DNA of 64,000 nt from Actinophytocola gossypii (GTDB taxonomy: Bacteria; Actinomycetota; Actinomycetes; Mycobacteriales; Pseudonocardiaceae), in contig NZ_JAFFZE010000016.1 in the NCBI RefSeq assembly GCF_025165815.1, positions 214,047 through 278,046 of the forward strand. The letters are read 5' to 3'. Below the pieces are notes generated by a model, which saw nothing but the letters and a program-made list of their open reading frames with translations, was not told the origin of the DNA and searched no databases. Below, piece by piece: positions 1 to 9,551 of this stretch (the stretch's first letter is position 1; the number at the start of each line of letters is the position of its first letter). The translations under genes were made by a program, and so were the position numbers.

Positions 1-2
1 GG

Positions 3-1046
3 GTGCTGGCCTCCGGGTGGTACCTGCTCGGCCCCGAGGTCCGCGCGTTCGAGGCGGAGTTCGCCGCGTACTGCGGGGCGGAGCACTGCGTGGCGCTCGG
101 CTCCGGGCTGGACGCGATCACGCTGTCCCTGCGCGGCCTGGACATCGGGCCGGGCGACGAGGTGGTCGTGCCGTCGCACACGTTCATCGCGACCTGGCTC
201 GGGGTGGCCGCGACCGGCGCCACGCCGGTTCCGGTCGAGCCGGATCCCGGCACGCTCAACCTCGACCCGGCCCGACTCGCGGCCGCGATCACCCCGCGCA
301 CCAGGGCCGTGATGCCGGTGCACCTGTACGGGCAGCCGGCCGACCTGGACGCGATCGCCGAGGCCGCCGGGGACGTCCCGGTGATCGAGGACGCCGCGCA
401 GGCGCACGGCGCGCACCACCGGGCGGAGCGGATCGGTTCCCGGTACGCGGCCGCGTTCTCCTTCTACCCCGGGAAGAACCTGGGCGCGCTGGGCGACGGC
501 GGGGCGTTGGTCACCAACGACGCCGAGCTGGCCGAGCGGGTCCGGCTGCTGCGCAACTACGGCTCCCGGGTGAAGTACCAGCACGAGGTCAAGGGCACGA
601 ACTCGCGCCTGGACGAGCTGCAGGCCGCCGTCCTGCGGGTGAAACTGTCCAGGTTGGACGAGTGGAACGCGCGCCGGCGAACGATCGCGGCCCGGTACCT
701 GGCCGAGCTGTCCGACGTGGACGGTCTGGTGCTGCCCGAGGTGCCGGCCTGGGCGGACCCGGTGTGGCACCTGTTCGTGGTCCGCACCCCGCACCGCGAC
801 CGGCTGCGGGACCTGCTCGACACGGCCGGGGTCGGCACGCTCAGCCACTACCCCGTCGCCGCGCACCGCGCACCGGCGTTCGCCGACGCCGGCTGGCCGG
901 CCGGCTCGCTGCCGCTGGCCGAGCGGGCCGCGGCCGAGGTGCTGAGCCTGCCGATGGGCCCGCACCTGACCGACGACCAGGTGACCACGGTGATCGCCGC
1001 GGTGCGGGCCGCCATGGCCGAGATCGGCGGCCGCGCCGCGGCGTGA
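3..1046 (+). CDS. DegT/DnrJ/EryC1/StrS-family PLP-dependent sugar aminotransferase (TylB/DesV-like), 5'-truncated by window edge
   Basis: ORF runs from the window edge. Family-typical similarity (e.g. [37 protein letters not shown]). Adjacent convergently to a TylM1-like dimethyltransferase. Confidence 0.85.
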   Translation: MLASGWYLLGPEVRAFEAEFAAYCGAEHCVALGSGLDAITLSLRGLDIGPGDEVVVPSHTFIATWLGVAATGATPVPVEPDPGTLNLDPARLAAAITPRTRAVMPVHLYGQPADLDAIAEAAGDVPVIEDAAQAHGAHHRAERIGSRYAAAFSFYPGKNLGALGDGGALVTNDAELAERVRLLRNYGSRVKYQHEVKGTNSRLDELQAAVLRVKLSRLDEWNARRRTIAARYLAELSDVDGLVLPEVPAWADPVWHLFVVRTPHRDRLRDLLDTAGVGTLSHYPVAAHRAPAFADAGWPAGSLPLAERAAAEVLSLPMGPHLTDDQVTTVIAAVRAAMAEIGGRAAA

Positions 1047-1053
1047 GTCGCGC

Positions 1054-1788
1054 CTACCCGCGCACCCCGACGAACCGGCCCCGGCCGGACGGGCCGTCGA
1101 CCAGGTACTCGACCGTCACACAGCCCGCGTCCCGCAGGGCTGTCTCGTACTGCTCGCGGGTGAACAGCGTGTTGACCACGGTGTTCGTGAAGTGCCGGAT
1201 GCCGTCCTCCTCGGTCGCCACCACGTAGTGCACGGTCATCGTGGTCACCAGGCCGTCGGCGGTGGTGTGCGAGACCCGGGAGATCGTGTAGCCGTCGCGC
1301 CGCACGATGTCGCCGCCGACGTAGTTCGGCAGGAAGTTGTCCGGGAACCACCACGGCTCGACGACCAGCACGCCGCCCGGCTCCAGGTGCGCGACCAGCC
1401 GGTCGGCCGCCGTCCGCAGCTCCTCGACCGTGCGCATGTGGCCGACCGCGGCGAACAGGCAGGTCACCGCGTCGAACGTGCGGCCGAGGTCGAAGTCCCG
1501 CATGTCGCCGACGTGCAGCGGCACGAACGGCAGCCTGCCCTTCGCGATCGTCAGCATGTCCTCGGACAGCTCGACGCCCTCGACGTGCTCGAACCGGTCG
1601 GCGAAGCCGCGCAGGTGCAGGCCGGTGCCGCAGGCGACGTCCACCAGGGAACGGGCGTCCGGGCGCCGCGTGGTGACCAGCTGGGTGAGGTCGGCGGCCT
1701 CGGCGTCGTAGTCCTTGCCCCGGCCCTGGTAGATCAGGTCGTAGATGGTGGCGTAGCGGTCGTCGAACGCGGGACGTGGGTCGTGCAT
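1054..1788 (-). CDS. SAM-dependent dTDP-aminosugar N,N-dimethyltransferase (TylM1/DesVI family)
   Basis: Near full-length similarity to TylM1 (YDLIYQGRGKDY, VACGTGLHLR, VEGVELSEDML, GDMRDF, VVEPWWFPDNF, TLFTREQYE). Pairs with the upstream aminotransferase. Confidence 0.85.
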   Translation of the reverse strand: MHDPRPAFDDRYATIYDLIYQGRGKDYDAEAADLTQLVTTRRPDARSLVDVACGTGLHLRGFADRFEHVEGVELSEDMLTIAKGRLPFVPLHVGDMRDFDLGRTFDAVTCLFAAVGHMRTVEELRTAADRLVAHLEPGGVLVVEPWWFPDNFLPNYVGGDIVRRDGYTISRVSHTTADGLVTTMTVHYVVATEEDGIRHFTNTVVNTLFTREQYETALRDAGCVTVEYLVDGPSGRGRFVGVRG

Positions 1789-1804
1789 CGGTTTCGTTCC
1801 CTCC

Positions 1805-2359
1805 TCAGGCGACCGACCGGCGGGGCTGTTCCTCCGCGCGGTCGACGATCAGTTGCAGCAGCCCGGCGACCGACACCCCGCCGACGATCCGCCTGCTCCG
1901 GATCAGCTCGGGCACGTCGGCGAGCGGGATCCAGTCGATCCGGTCCGACTCGTAGGCGTCCACCGGCGGACCGGTGTAGTGCCCGCGGTCCGCGACGTAG
2001 ATCCACTGCTCGGCGTCGGTGATGCCGGCGACCGGCTGGAGGTACGTCAGCTCACGCAGCCGCGCCGGCCGCCAGCCGGTCTCCTCCTCCGCCTCGCGCG
2101 CCGCGGCCTGCCGGGGCGACTCGCCGGGGTCGACCCAGCCGCCGGGCAGCTCCCAGTTCCAGGTGTCGGTGGTGAACCGGTGCCGCCACACCATGAGCAC
2201 CCGGTCGGCCGGGTCCAGCACGGCGATGCCGACCGACCCGCGCAGCCGGACCACGTGGTGCTCCCAGCGCACGCCGTCCGGCCGCTCTACATCGGACAGT
2301 TCGAGCGACATCCAGGGGCTGCTGTACAACCGCCGCTCCCCGTGCACGGTCCAGCGCAT
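1805..2359 (-). CDS. NUDIX hydrolase
   Basis: Only the C-terminal 184 aa of the long track ORF is plausible. Nudix box GGWVDPGESPRQAAAREAEEETG. ATG lies 5 nt after the upstream MFS stop. Confidence 0.8.
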   Translation of the reverse strand: MRWTVHGERRLYSSPWMSLELSDVERPDGVRWEHHVVRLRGSVGIAVLDPADRVLMVWRHRFTTDTWNWELPGGWVDPGESPRQAAAREAEEETGWRPARLRELTYLQPVAGITDAEQWIYVADRGHYTGPPVDAYESDRIDWIPLADVPELIRSRRIVGGVSVAGLLQLIVDRAEEQPRRSVA

Positions 2360-2364
2360 CGCCG

Positions 2365-3798
2365 CTACCCCTGGACCGCCGCCGGCTCCGGCTCCGGCCC
2401 GGCCGAGGGCGGAACCGGACCCCGGCGGCGCCAGGCGAGCAGCAGCGCGGGCAGCAGGCCGGCGATGGTCAGCACCAGCGGGAGCCAGAACACCACGTCG
2501 AACGCGGCCGCCGGCTCGGGCGCGGTCCGCAGCCTGGCGTCGAGCACCACCACGAACAACGCGACCGCGGTGGACGCACCGAACTCCTGCACGATCGAGA
2601 AGGTGGCGGTCGCGTGCGGGATCTTCATCGGGTTCAGCGCCCGGTAGGCGGCGGTCATCGCCGGCATGATCGTGCAGCCGGCCCCGACGCCGATGATCCA
2701 CAGCGACAGGCCGAGCCGGAGGTAGCCGCCGTCCGCGCCGGCCTGGGTGAAGGAGAAGAAACCCAGCACCAGCAGGGGGATCCCGGCGAGCACCAGCGGC
2801 GCCTGCTTGCCCCGGTCCACCAGCCGGCCGGCGATCGGCATCATCATCGCGACCCCGATCCCCTGCGGCGCCAGCAGCAGCCCGGCGACCAGCGCCGACT
2901 CGCCGTGCACGATCTGGTAGTAGAGCGGGAAGAGCATCATCGAGCCGGACAGCGTGGCGTTCATCAGGAACTGGATGCCGGCCGCGCCGGTGAACACCCG
3001 GTTGCCGAACAACCTGAGGTCCAGCAACGGTTTCGCGGTCCGCAGGGCGTGCCGCACGAACAGCGCGAGCAGCACGATCCCGGCCCCGCCGGGCAGCAGG
3101 AACCCGGTCGAGGCGAGGTCGGCGGCCGAGGAGACGTTGACGATCCCGTAGACCAGCAGCGTCACCCCGGGGCACACCAGCAGGAAACCGCGCAGGTCGA
3201 TACCGTCGCCCGCCTCCCTCGGCGGGTCGCGGTCGAACACGAACCAGGCCAGCGCGACCGCGATGGCGCCGATCGGCAGGTTGATCAGGAAGATCCACCG
3301 CCAGGACACCGTGTCGATCAGCACCCCGCCGAGCACCGGGCCGAGCACCGGGCCGAGCACCAGCGGCACCCCGACCACGCTCATCGCCCGGCCCATCCGC
3401 TCCCGGCCGGCCGTCCTGGCCACGATGGACGTGCCGACCGGCGCGATCAGCCCGGCGCCGATCCCCTGCACGATCCGGAACGCGATCAGGCTGGGCACCG
3501 ACCAGGCCAGCCCGGCGAGCAGCGAGCCGACCGCGAAGATCACCGCCGCCGCCAGCCACAGCCTGCGCGCGCCGAAGAAGTCCGTCGCCCAGCCGGTCAG
3601 CGGCACCACCATGGCCGCGGCCAGGATGTAGGCGGTGGTCACCCACTGGATCGTCGACAGGCCGACGCCGAACTCGTCGGTCAGCGTGTGCAGGGCGACC
3701 CCGATGATCGTCATGTCGATGATCGCGGTCACCGCGCCGAGCGCGACGATCAGGGCGACTCCGAGGACCTTGCGGTCCAGCGGCGGCGCGTCACTCAC
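2365..3798 (-). CDS. MFS transporter, DHA2/EmrB-QacA-like (14 TMS) drug:H+ antiporter
   Basis: Hydrophobic 477-aa protein with MFS signature motifs (e.g. GWATDFFGARR, RIVQGIGAG). GTG start overlaps the stop of the upstream MFS gene. Confidence 0.85.
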   Translation of the reverse strand: MSDAPPLDRKVLGVALIVALGAVTAIIDMTIIGVALHTLTDEFGVGLSTIQWVTTAYILAAAMVVPLTGWATDFFGARRLWLAAAVIFAVGSLLAGLAWSVPSLIAFRIVQGIGAGLIAPVGTSIVARTAGRERMGRAMSVVGVPLVLGPVLGPVLGGVLIDTVSWRWIFLINLPIGAIAVALAWFVFDRDPPREAGDGIDLRGFLLVCPGVTLLVYGIVNVSSAADLASTGFLLPGGAGIVLLALFVRHALRTAKPLLDLRLFGNRVFTGAAGIQFLMNATLSGSMMLFPLYYQIVHGESALVAGLLLAPQGIGVAMMMPIAGRLVDRGKQAPLVLAGIPLLVLGFFSFTQAGADGGYLRLGLSLWIIGVGAGCTIMPAMTAAYRALNPMKIPHATATFSIVQEFGASTAVALFVVVLDARLRTAPEPAAAFDVVFWLPLVLTIAGLLPALLLAWRRRGPVPPSAGPEPEPAAVQG

Positions 3799-5386
3799 CG
3801 GCGCCCACCTTCTCCCGTTCGGGCGCGTCGCCGCCGTGCCCGTGCCCGTGTTCGTCGCGCAGCACGGTGTTGGGCAGGAACCAGGCCAGCAGGAACGCCA
3901 CCACCATCAGCCCGCCGGCCGTCAGGAACACGGTGCGCAGCGAGTCGGTGAACGCCTCGATCACCTGCGGGTACACCTCCGGGTGCGTCGTGGCCAGCTC
4001 CTTGATGGCCGCCGGGTCCTGGTAGACCGCGTTGTCGGTCACGCCGGACGTGCCGGCGGACACGAGCCCGGCGGCCAGCAGCGCGCCGAACACCGCGGCG
4101 CCGATGGCCGAGCCGATCACCCGGATGAAGTTCGCCTGCGCGGTGATCGCGCCGAGCTCGCGGCGGCTCACCAGGTTCTGCACCGCGATGATCAGCTTGG
4201 AGATCACCATACCCATGCCGATGCCGAGCACCGCCTGGAACAGCCACAGCTGCCAGGCCGGGGTCGACGCGTCCAGCAGGGACAGCAGGAACAGGCCGCC
4301 GGCCATGGTCGCCACCCCGGCGACCACCACGACCTTGGTCCGGCCGAGCACCGCGGCGATCAGCCAGCCGGACAGCCCGGAGCCGACCATGACCGCGATC
4401 ATCAGCGGCAGCAGGTTCAGTCCGGCCATCGTCGGGTCGTCCCCGCGCACGACCTGCAGGTAGATCGGGAGGAAGAAGTAGGCGCCGATGGTCGCCACGC
4501 CGATGATGAAGGTGACCACCATGGCCAGCGCGATCTCCGGCACCCGGAAGATGCCCAGCGGCACGATCGGCTCCTTGGCGCGCCGCTCCCAGGCCAGGAA
4601 CGCCGCGATCAGCACCACCGCCGCGGCGATCAGGCCGAGCATCGTCGGCGAGCCCCAGGCGTACTCGGTGCCGCCCCAGATGCTGACCAGCACCAGCACC
4701 GAGATCGTCGCGACCAGCAGCGTGGCGCCGACGTAGTCCACCGACGCGGGCCGGCTGATCCGGGGCAGCTTGAGGTTCCTGGCCAGCACGACCAGCCCGA
4801 TCAAGCCGATCGGCACGTTGATCCAGAAGCACCAGCGCCAGGACACGTACTCGGTGAACGCCCCGCCGACCAGCGGCCCGACCAGCGACGCCAGCGCGTA
4901 CATCGCGCCGACCATGCCCTGCACCCGGCCGAGCTGGCGGGGCGGCACGACGCTCGCGGAGATGGTGAACGCCAGCACCACCAGGCCGCCGGCGCCGAGG
5001 CCCTGGAGGGCGCGGAACAGGACCAGTTGGGTCATGTCCTGGCTGAACCCGACGAGCAGCGAGCCGACGGTGAAGATCGCGATGGACGACATGTAGACGG
5101 GTTTCGGCCCGTACAGGTCGCCCAGCTTCCCGTACAACGCCATCGCGGCGGTGGTGGTCAGCAGGTACGACGTGACGACCAGGGAGAAACTGTCGATCTG
5201 ACCGAACTCGCCCACCATCGTCGGCAGCGCGGTGCCCACGATCGTCTGGTCGAGCGCGGAGAGCAGCTGACCGGTGAGCAGCACGATCAGCACCGTCCGC
5301 AGTTGCCACGGGGCGAGCCCGACCTGCGGAGACGACGCCTCCCCTGTCGCGTCCCCTGCCGCGTCCCTTGGTGTGCCTGCGGCCAT
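3791..5386 (-). CDS. MFS transporter, DHA2 family (second exporter)
   Basis: 14-TMS MFS features (LYGKLGDLYGPKP, RALQGLGAGG). Start placed at the internal ATG (MAAGTPRD), which is preceded by AGGAGGAGG. The longer track ORF has a non-membrane Pro/Gly-rich N-terminus. Confidence 0.8.
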   Translation of the reverse strand: MAAGTPRDAAGDATGEASSPQVGLAPWQLRTVLIVLLTGQLLSALDQTIVGTALPTMVGEFGQIDSFSLVVTSYLLTTTAAMALYGKLGDLYGPKPVYMSSIAIFTVGSLLVGFSQDMTQLVLFRALQGLGAGGLVVLAFTISASVVPPRQLGRVQGMVGAMYALASLVGPLVGGAFTEYVSWRWCFWINVPIGLIGLVVLARNLKLPRISRPASVDYVGATLLVATISVLVLVSIWGGTEYAWGSPTMLGLIAAAVVLIAAFLAWERRAKEPIVPLGIFRVPEIALAMVVTFIIGVATIGAYFFLPIYLQVVRGDDPTMAGLNLLPLMIAVMVGSGLSGWLIAAVLGRTKVVVVAGVATMAGGLFLLSLLDASTPAWQLWLFQAVLGIGMGMVISKLIIAVQNLVSRRELGAITAQANFIRVIGSAIGAAVFGALLAAGLVSAGTSGVTDNAVYQDPAAIKELATTHPEVYPQVIEAFTDSLRTVFLTAGGLMVVAFLLAWFLPNTVLRDEHGHGHGGDAPEREKVGAGE

Positions 5387-5542
5387 CGGGGCCTCCTCCT
5401 GGGCTGGGCGTAGGTCGTTCCAGCGTGACCCGCGCGGCGTCCCAGCGGAGTCTCCCCGAGGTCCCACCGGGGCTGGGAAACCGTCCCGCCGGTCCGTCGA
5501 GTTAGCCTTGAGCACCGTTCGAGTGCCGCCCCGGAAGGTCCC

Positions 5543-6841
5543 TTGCGTCGGGATTCGAGTGGGTCACGAGAACGCGTGGAGCAGCCGGTGGACGACAAGC
5601 GTGCGATCTGGGGCCTGTTCGTGCCCCTCTACATGAGCCAGTTCCTGGCGATCGGGTTCCTCTTCACCGCGCTCACCGCGATCTCCCGCGACCGCGGTGG
5701 GCAGCTCGAGGACATCGGCGCGATCTACGTGCTCGGCATGGTGTGGGCGGTGAAGTTCCTGTGGGCGCCGCTGGTCGACCGGTACGGCTCGGCCACCAGG
5801 GGCCACTACCGCTCGTGGCTGCTGTGGACCCAGCCGATGATGGCCGTGATCCTGCTGGGGATCATCCCGTTCGACGTGGTGGACGACATCTGGGTGATCC
5901 TGGGCATGCTCGCGCTGGTCGCGATCCTGTCGGCCACCCAGGACGTCGCCACCGACGCCATCGCGGTGCGCTCGATCTCCGGCCGCAACCGGGGCGGGAT
6001 CAACGGGGTGCAGATCGGCGCGGGGTTCGTCGGCGACATCATCGGCGGCGGTCTGGTGCTGGTGGTCTACGACCAGTGGGGCTGGACGCCGGCGATCCTC
6101 ACCCTCGCGGTGTGCACCGCGCTGCCGATCCTCAGCGTGCGCCGGTACCGGGAGCCGGCGCTGGTGCGGGTCGACGCGACCGCGCCGCGCCCGTCGATGC
6201 GGTCGCTGTTCCGCCAGCGCGGCGCGGCCCGTTGGGCGTTCGTGCTGACCCCGCTGATGGCGCTCGGCATGCCAGGCGCGTACGGCCTGCTGGTGCCGAT
6301 CATGATCGACGCCGGGGTGTCGGTCGGTTCGGTCGGCCTGCTGACCAACGGCTTCGGCGGCGCGATCGGCTGTGGTGCGGCGATCGTGGCCGGCATGCTG
6401 ATCCACCGGCTCGGCCGCAAGCGGGCGCTGGTGCTCTACGGGCTCGGCCAGGTCGTCGCGATCGCCTCGGTGCTGCCGGTGGTGTGGGCCGGCGGCATGG
6501 CGTGGGTGCTGACCGCGATCGTGCTGCTGAACATCTTCAACACCGCCGGGTACGCGGCGATGTACACGATCAACATGGACTACGCCCGCCCGAACAGCGC
6601 CGGGTCGGACTTCACCGTGCAGACCAGCATCTCCTACGCGGTGCGGTTCGCCGGTGCCGGCGTGATCCTCGGCCTCGCCGGGTCGATGGGCTACGCCTGG
6701 GCGCTGTTCATCTGCCTGGGCCTGGCCGCGCTCGGGGTGCTCGCCACCGTCCTGCTGTTCGTCGAGCGGACCGTCACCCCCGAGCCGGCCGCCGGCGACG
6801 AGGTGGCTCCGCCGTCGAGCACGGTCCCACAGCCGGCCTGA
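5543..6841 (+). CDS. MFS transporter of AmpG/PAT-like family
   Basis: 12-TMS protein with an AmpG-like motif WAPLVDRYGSATRGHYRSWLLWTQ. Start is uncertain; an in-frame ATG at 5633 is possible. Confidence 0.7.
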   Translation: MRRDSSGSRERVEQPVDDKRAIWGLFVPLYMSQFLAIGFLFTALTAISRDRGGQLEDIGAIYVLGMVWAVKFLWAPLVDRYGSATRGHYRSWLLWTQPMMAVILLGIIPFDVVDDIWVILGMLALVAILSATQDVATDAIAVRSISGRNRGGINGVQIGAGFVGDIIGGGLVLVVYDQWGWTPAILTLAVCTALPILSVRRYREPALVRVDATAPRPSMRSLFRQRGAARWAFVLTPLMALGMPGAYGLLVPIMIDAGVSVGSVGLLTNGFGGAIGCGAAIVAGMLIHRLGRKRALVLYGLGQVVAIASVLPVVWAGGMAWVLTAIVLLNIFNTAGYAAMYTINMDYARPNSAGSDFTVQTSISYAVRFAGAGVILGLAGSMGYAWALFICLGLAALGVLATVLLFVERTVTPEPAAGDEVAPPSSTVPQPA

Positions 6842-6958
6842 CGGCACGCGGGCGACGCCGGGTCGGACACGGTTCCGATCCGGCGTTGCGCGGCTCTCGA
6901 GTCACCCTCCGTAGAACGAAAAGCGTTGAGTTCCAACGCGTCGAGGGTAGGTGTGAGC

Positions 6959-7444
6959 ATGTCCGACACCAAACCGTTCCTGTGCGGACCGCAGCAGGGT
7001 CGTGCCATCTGGCACTTCGGCTCGCTGGTCGTGTTCCGCGCGACCGGTGAGGACACCGACGGTCAGTACTGGTTGGCCGAGATGTCGTGCAACCGCGGCT
7101 ACGGTTCGCCGGTGCACGTGCACAGCCGCGAGGACGAGCTGTTCCACATCCTCGAGGGCGAGATGAGCATCGAGGTGGGCGGCCAGCTGTTCAACGCCAC
7201 CGCCGGCTCGTCGGTCTTCCTGCCGAGGAACATCCCGCACTCGTACAAGGCCGAGTCCGACACCGTGCGCACGCTGGTGCTGGGCACCCCGGCCGGCTAC
7301 GAGAACTGGTTCGTCGAGACCGGGACGCCGGCGGAGCGGCTGGAGATCCCGGCGTTCGACCCGTCCACCTTCCCCGACTTCGGCGACGTGATCGCCTCCA
7401 CGCAGAAGTACGGCGGCCAGGTGCTCGGCCCGCCGCGAGACTGA
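6959..7444 (+). CDS. cupin-domain protein
   Basis: Cupin_2-like core GSPVHVHSREDELFHILEGEMSIEVGG. Start set at the internal ATG (MSDTKPF). Confidence 0.7.
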   Translation: MSDTKPFLCGPQQGRAIWHFGSLVVFRATGEDTDGQYWLAEMSCNRGYGSPVHVHSREDELFHILEGEMSIEVGGQLFNATAGSSVFLPRNIPHSYKAESDTVRTLVLGTPAGYENWFVETGTPAERLEIPAFDPSTFPDFGDVIASTQKYGGQVLGPPRD

Positions 7445-7459
7445 CGCGGGACTGAGCAC

Positions 7460-8395
7460 ATGACCATCGATGTGCACGGGCACGTCACGCCGCCCGAGCT
7501 GCTGAAGAAGTTCCCGATGCCGCCGAGTCTCGGTGACATCGACGGCATGGTGGAGCGCAAGGCCGCGCTCGGCATCACCACCACCGTCGTCGGCAGCCCG
7601 GTCGGCGCCGGCACCATGCTGCCGGTGCCGGGGATCGACAACTACGCCCAGCCGGCGGACGCGCTCGCCCGGTTCCACGACTGGGTCGCCGAGACCGTGC
7701 GGGAGAAGGCCGGTGCGCTCGCCGGGTACGTGTACCTGAACCCGCTGGACGGTTCGGCGAGCGTGGCCGCGGCGGCGGAGCTGTTGCGCCGGCCGGAGTT
7801 CGTCGGGCTGATCGTGAACTCGAGCGTGCGTGGGGAGTTCCTGAACGACTCACGCAGCGACGAGTTCTTCGCGATGGCGGCGGAGACCGGGGCGCCGGTG
7901 CTGCTGCACCCGCCGGCGGTCCCGGTCGCCGCGGACGCGATGAAGGCAGTCGGCGCGATCGAGCACGTGGTGCGCCCGTGCGACATCACGATGGGCGTGG
8001 CCGCGATCCTGCTGGCCGGCCGGTTGCGGGCCTTCCCTGGGCTGAAGCTGATCGCGCCCAACGCCGGCGGCGCGCTCGCGCTGCTGGCGGAGAAGCTGGA
8101 CATGGCCCAGCGGCGTGACGGGGTGGACGGTCCGCCGATCTCGGCGCAGCTGCGGTCGCTGTACGTCGACACCGGTACGCCGTCGGTGCCGGCGCTGCGC
8201 GCGGCGGCGGAGGTGTTCGGCCCGGACCGGATGCTGTTCGGCACCGACTCGCCGCCGCTGGCGACCCCGCTGGACGCCGCGCTCGCGTCCGTCGACGCCC
8301 TCGGCCTGTCCGACGAGGACCGGGCGAAGGTGTTGCGGGGCAACGCGACTGCACTGTTCGGGCTGGACGAGGTCGAGTTGAGGAGGGCGTCATGA
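7460..8395 (+). CDS. amidohydrolase-2 family protein (ACMSD-type; likely non-oxidative hydroxybenzoate decarboxylase/hydrolase)
   Basis: HGHVTPPE metal-ligand N-terminus. Overall amidohydrolase_2 (ACMSD/gamma-resorcylate decarboxylase/PatG) pattern, with a conserved downstream His and Asp (FGTDSP). Confidence 0.75.
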   Translation: MTIDVHGHVTPPELLKKFPMPPSLGDIDGMVERKAALGITTTVVGSPVGAGTMLPVPGIDNYAQPADALARFHDWVAETVREKAGALAGYVYLNPLDGSASVAAAAELLRRPEFVGLIVNSSVRGEFLNDSRSDEFFAMAAETGAPVLLHPPAVPVAADAMKAVGAIEHVVRPCDITMGVAAILLAGRLRAFPGLKLIAPNAGGALALLAEKLDMAQRRDGVDGPPISAQLRSLYVDTGTPSVPALRAAAEVFGPDRMLFGTDSPPLATPLDAALASVDALGLSDEDRAKVLRGNATALFGLDEVELRRAS

Positions 8396-9141
8396 GCGAG
8401 CAGCGGGTCCTGGTCGTCGGCGGGTACGGCGGGCTCGGTGCGGTGATCTGCGAGCAGTTCGCCGAGCAGGGCGCGGCGGTGGCGATCGCCGGGCGGTCGC
8501 CGGAGAAGGCGACCGAGCTGGCGGAGAAGCTGACCGCGAACGGGCACACCGCGCTGCCGCTCGCGCTCGACGTGGTCGACCCGGGAAGCATCGACGCCGC
8601 GGTGTCCGAAATGGACAAGGCGTGGGGCGGGATCGATGTGCTGGTGAACTCGGCCAGCAAGCTGGTCACGGTGCCGGCCGAGCACTTCGACCCGGACGAG
8701 TGGACCGAGGTCGTGCGGGCCAACCTGGTCGGCGCGTTCCTGCTGTCGCAACGGGTCGGCCGGCACATGCTGGAGCGCGGGAGCGGCCGGATCATCCACC
8801 TGTCGTCGGTCCGCGGCGACGCGGGCGGGCGGATGGGCTTCTCCGCGTACGGCGCGAGCAAGGCCGGGGTCAACCTGCTGGTCAAGCAGCTCGCCACCGA
8901 GTGGGGCGGGCGCGGGGTCACGGTGAACGCCGTGGCACCCGGGTTCATGCGGACCGACTTCGTGGAGGCCGCGCAGCAGAACCAGCAGTTCGTCGCCCGC
9001 CTGCGACAACGTATCCCGATCGGCCGCTTCGCCGAACCGGACGAGGTGGCGAGCGCGGTGACCTACCTCGCCTCGCCCCTGGCCCGTTTCGTCAACGGCC
9101 AGGTCATCTACGTCGACGGCGGCGTAACAGCCAGCCATTGA
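8392..9141 (+). CDS. SDR family short-chain dehydrogenase/reductase
   Basis: VVGGYGGLG Rossmann motif; YGASK catalytic Tyr-Lys. ATGA start/stop overlap with the upstream gene. Confidence 0.85.
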   Translation: MSEQRVLVVGGYGGLGAVICEQFAEQGAAVAIAGRSPEKATELAEKLTANGHTALPLALDVVDPGSIDAAVSEMDKAWGGIDVLVNSASKLVTVPAEHFDPDEWTEVVRANLVGAFLLSQRVGRHMLERGSGRIIHLSSVRGDAGGRMGFSAYGASKAGVNLLVKQLATEWGGRGVTVNAVAPGFMRTDFVEAAQQNQQFVARLRQRIPIGRFAEPDEVASAVTYLASPLARFVNGQVIYVDGGVTASH

Positions 9142-9170
9142 GAAGGTTCCCGTTCAACGGAGGTCAAGGA

Positions 9171-9551
9171 ATGTCCACCTGGCACGCGCTGCAGTACCCG
9201 ATCAAGCGGGGTAGCGAGGAGGCCGTCAAGGAGCTGTTCCGCAACAGCGGGCGGCCCACGTTCGAGATCACCGGGCCGGACGGCAAGGTCGTCGGGCGGC
9301 TGCTCGCCACCATGGCGTTCGTCGGTGAGGGCCTTGCGATCCGGGCGATCGAGGTCGACGGGCCGCTGCCGCTGGTGGCCGCGCACATGAGCCGCCAGCC
9401 GGAGGTCCGGGAGTTCGAGAAGCAGCTCGAGCAGCACCTGACCGAGCCGCGCGACATGGTCACCCCGGACGGCGCGCGGGCGTTCTTCCAGAAGGCCGGT
9501 ATGGAGAACGTGCTCAACCGGCGCGCTCCCGGGCACGAGGCGGCCGCCTGA
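9171..9551 (+). CDS. small protein, tentatively TcmI-like polyketide cyclase family
   Basis: 126 aa, in frame within track ORF 8622..9551, ATG preceded by GGAGG. Residue-pattern resemblance to TcmI (E.V..F....E......V.RR.L....L..IE.D......P.F.E...YLTP). Assignment from recollection only. Confidence 0.45.
   Translation: MSTWHALQYPIKRGSEEAVKELFRNSGRPTFEITGPDGKVVGRLLATMAFVGEGLAIRAIEVDGPLPLVAAHMSRQPEVREFEKQLEQHLTEPRDMVTPDGARAFFQKAGMENVLNRRAPGHEAAA

Noticed and set aside
6959-8395. Cupin plus amidohydrolase-2 pair as 3-hydroxyanthranilate dioxygenase plus ACMSD (kynurenine pathway)
   Set aside because: The cupin lacks the HAAO-specific motifs recalled for NbaC-type enzymes. The pairing is more consistent with generic tailoring or decarboxylation.
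9171-9551. Alternative reading of the 309-aa track ORF 8622..9551 as a single gene
   Set aside because: Its first 180 codons overlap the SDR gene in another frame and translate to Arg/Gly-rich sequence. Only the last 126 codons, from an RBS-preceded ATG, look coding.
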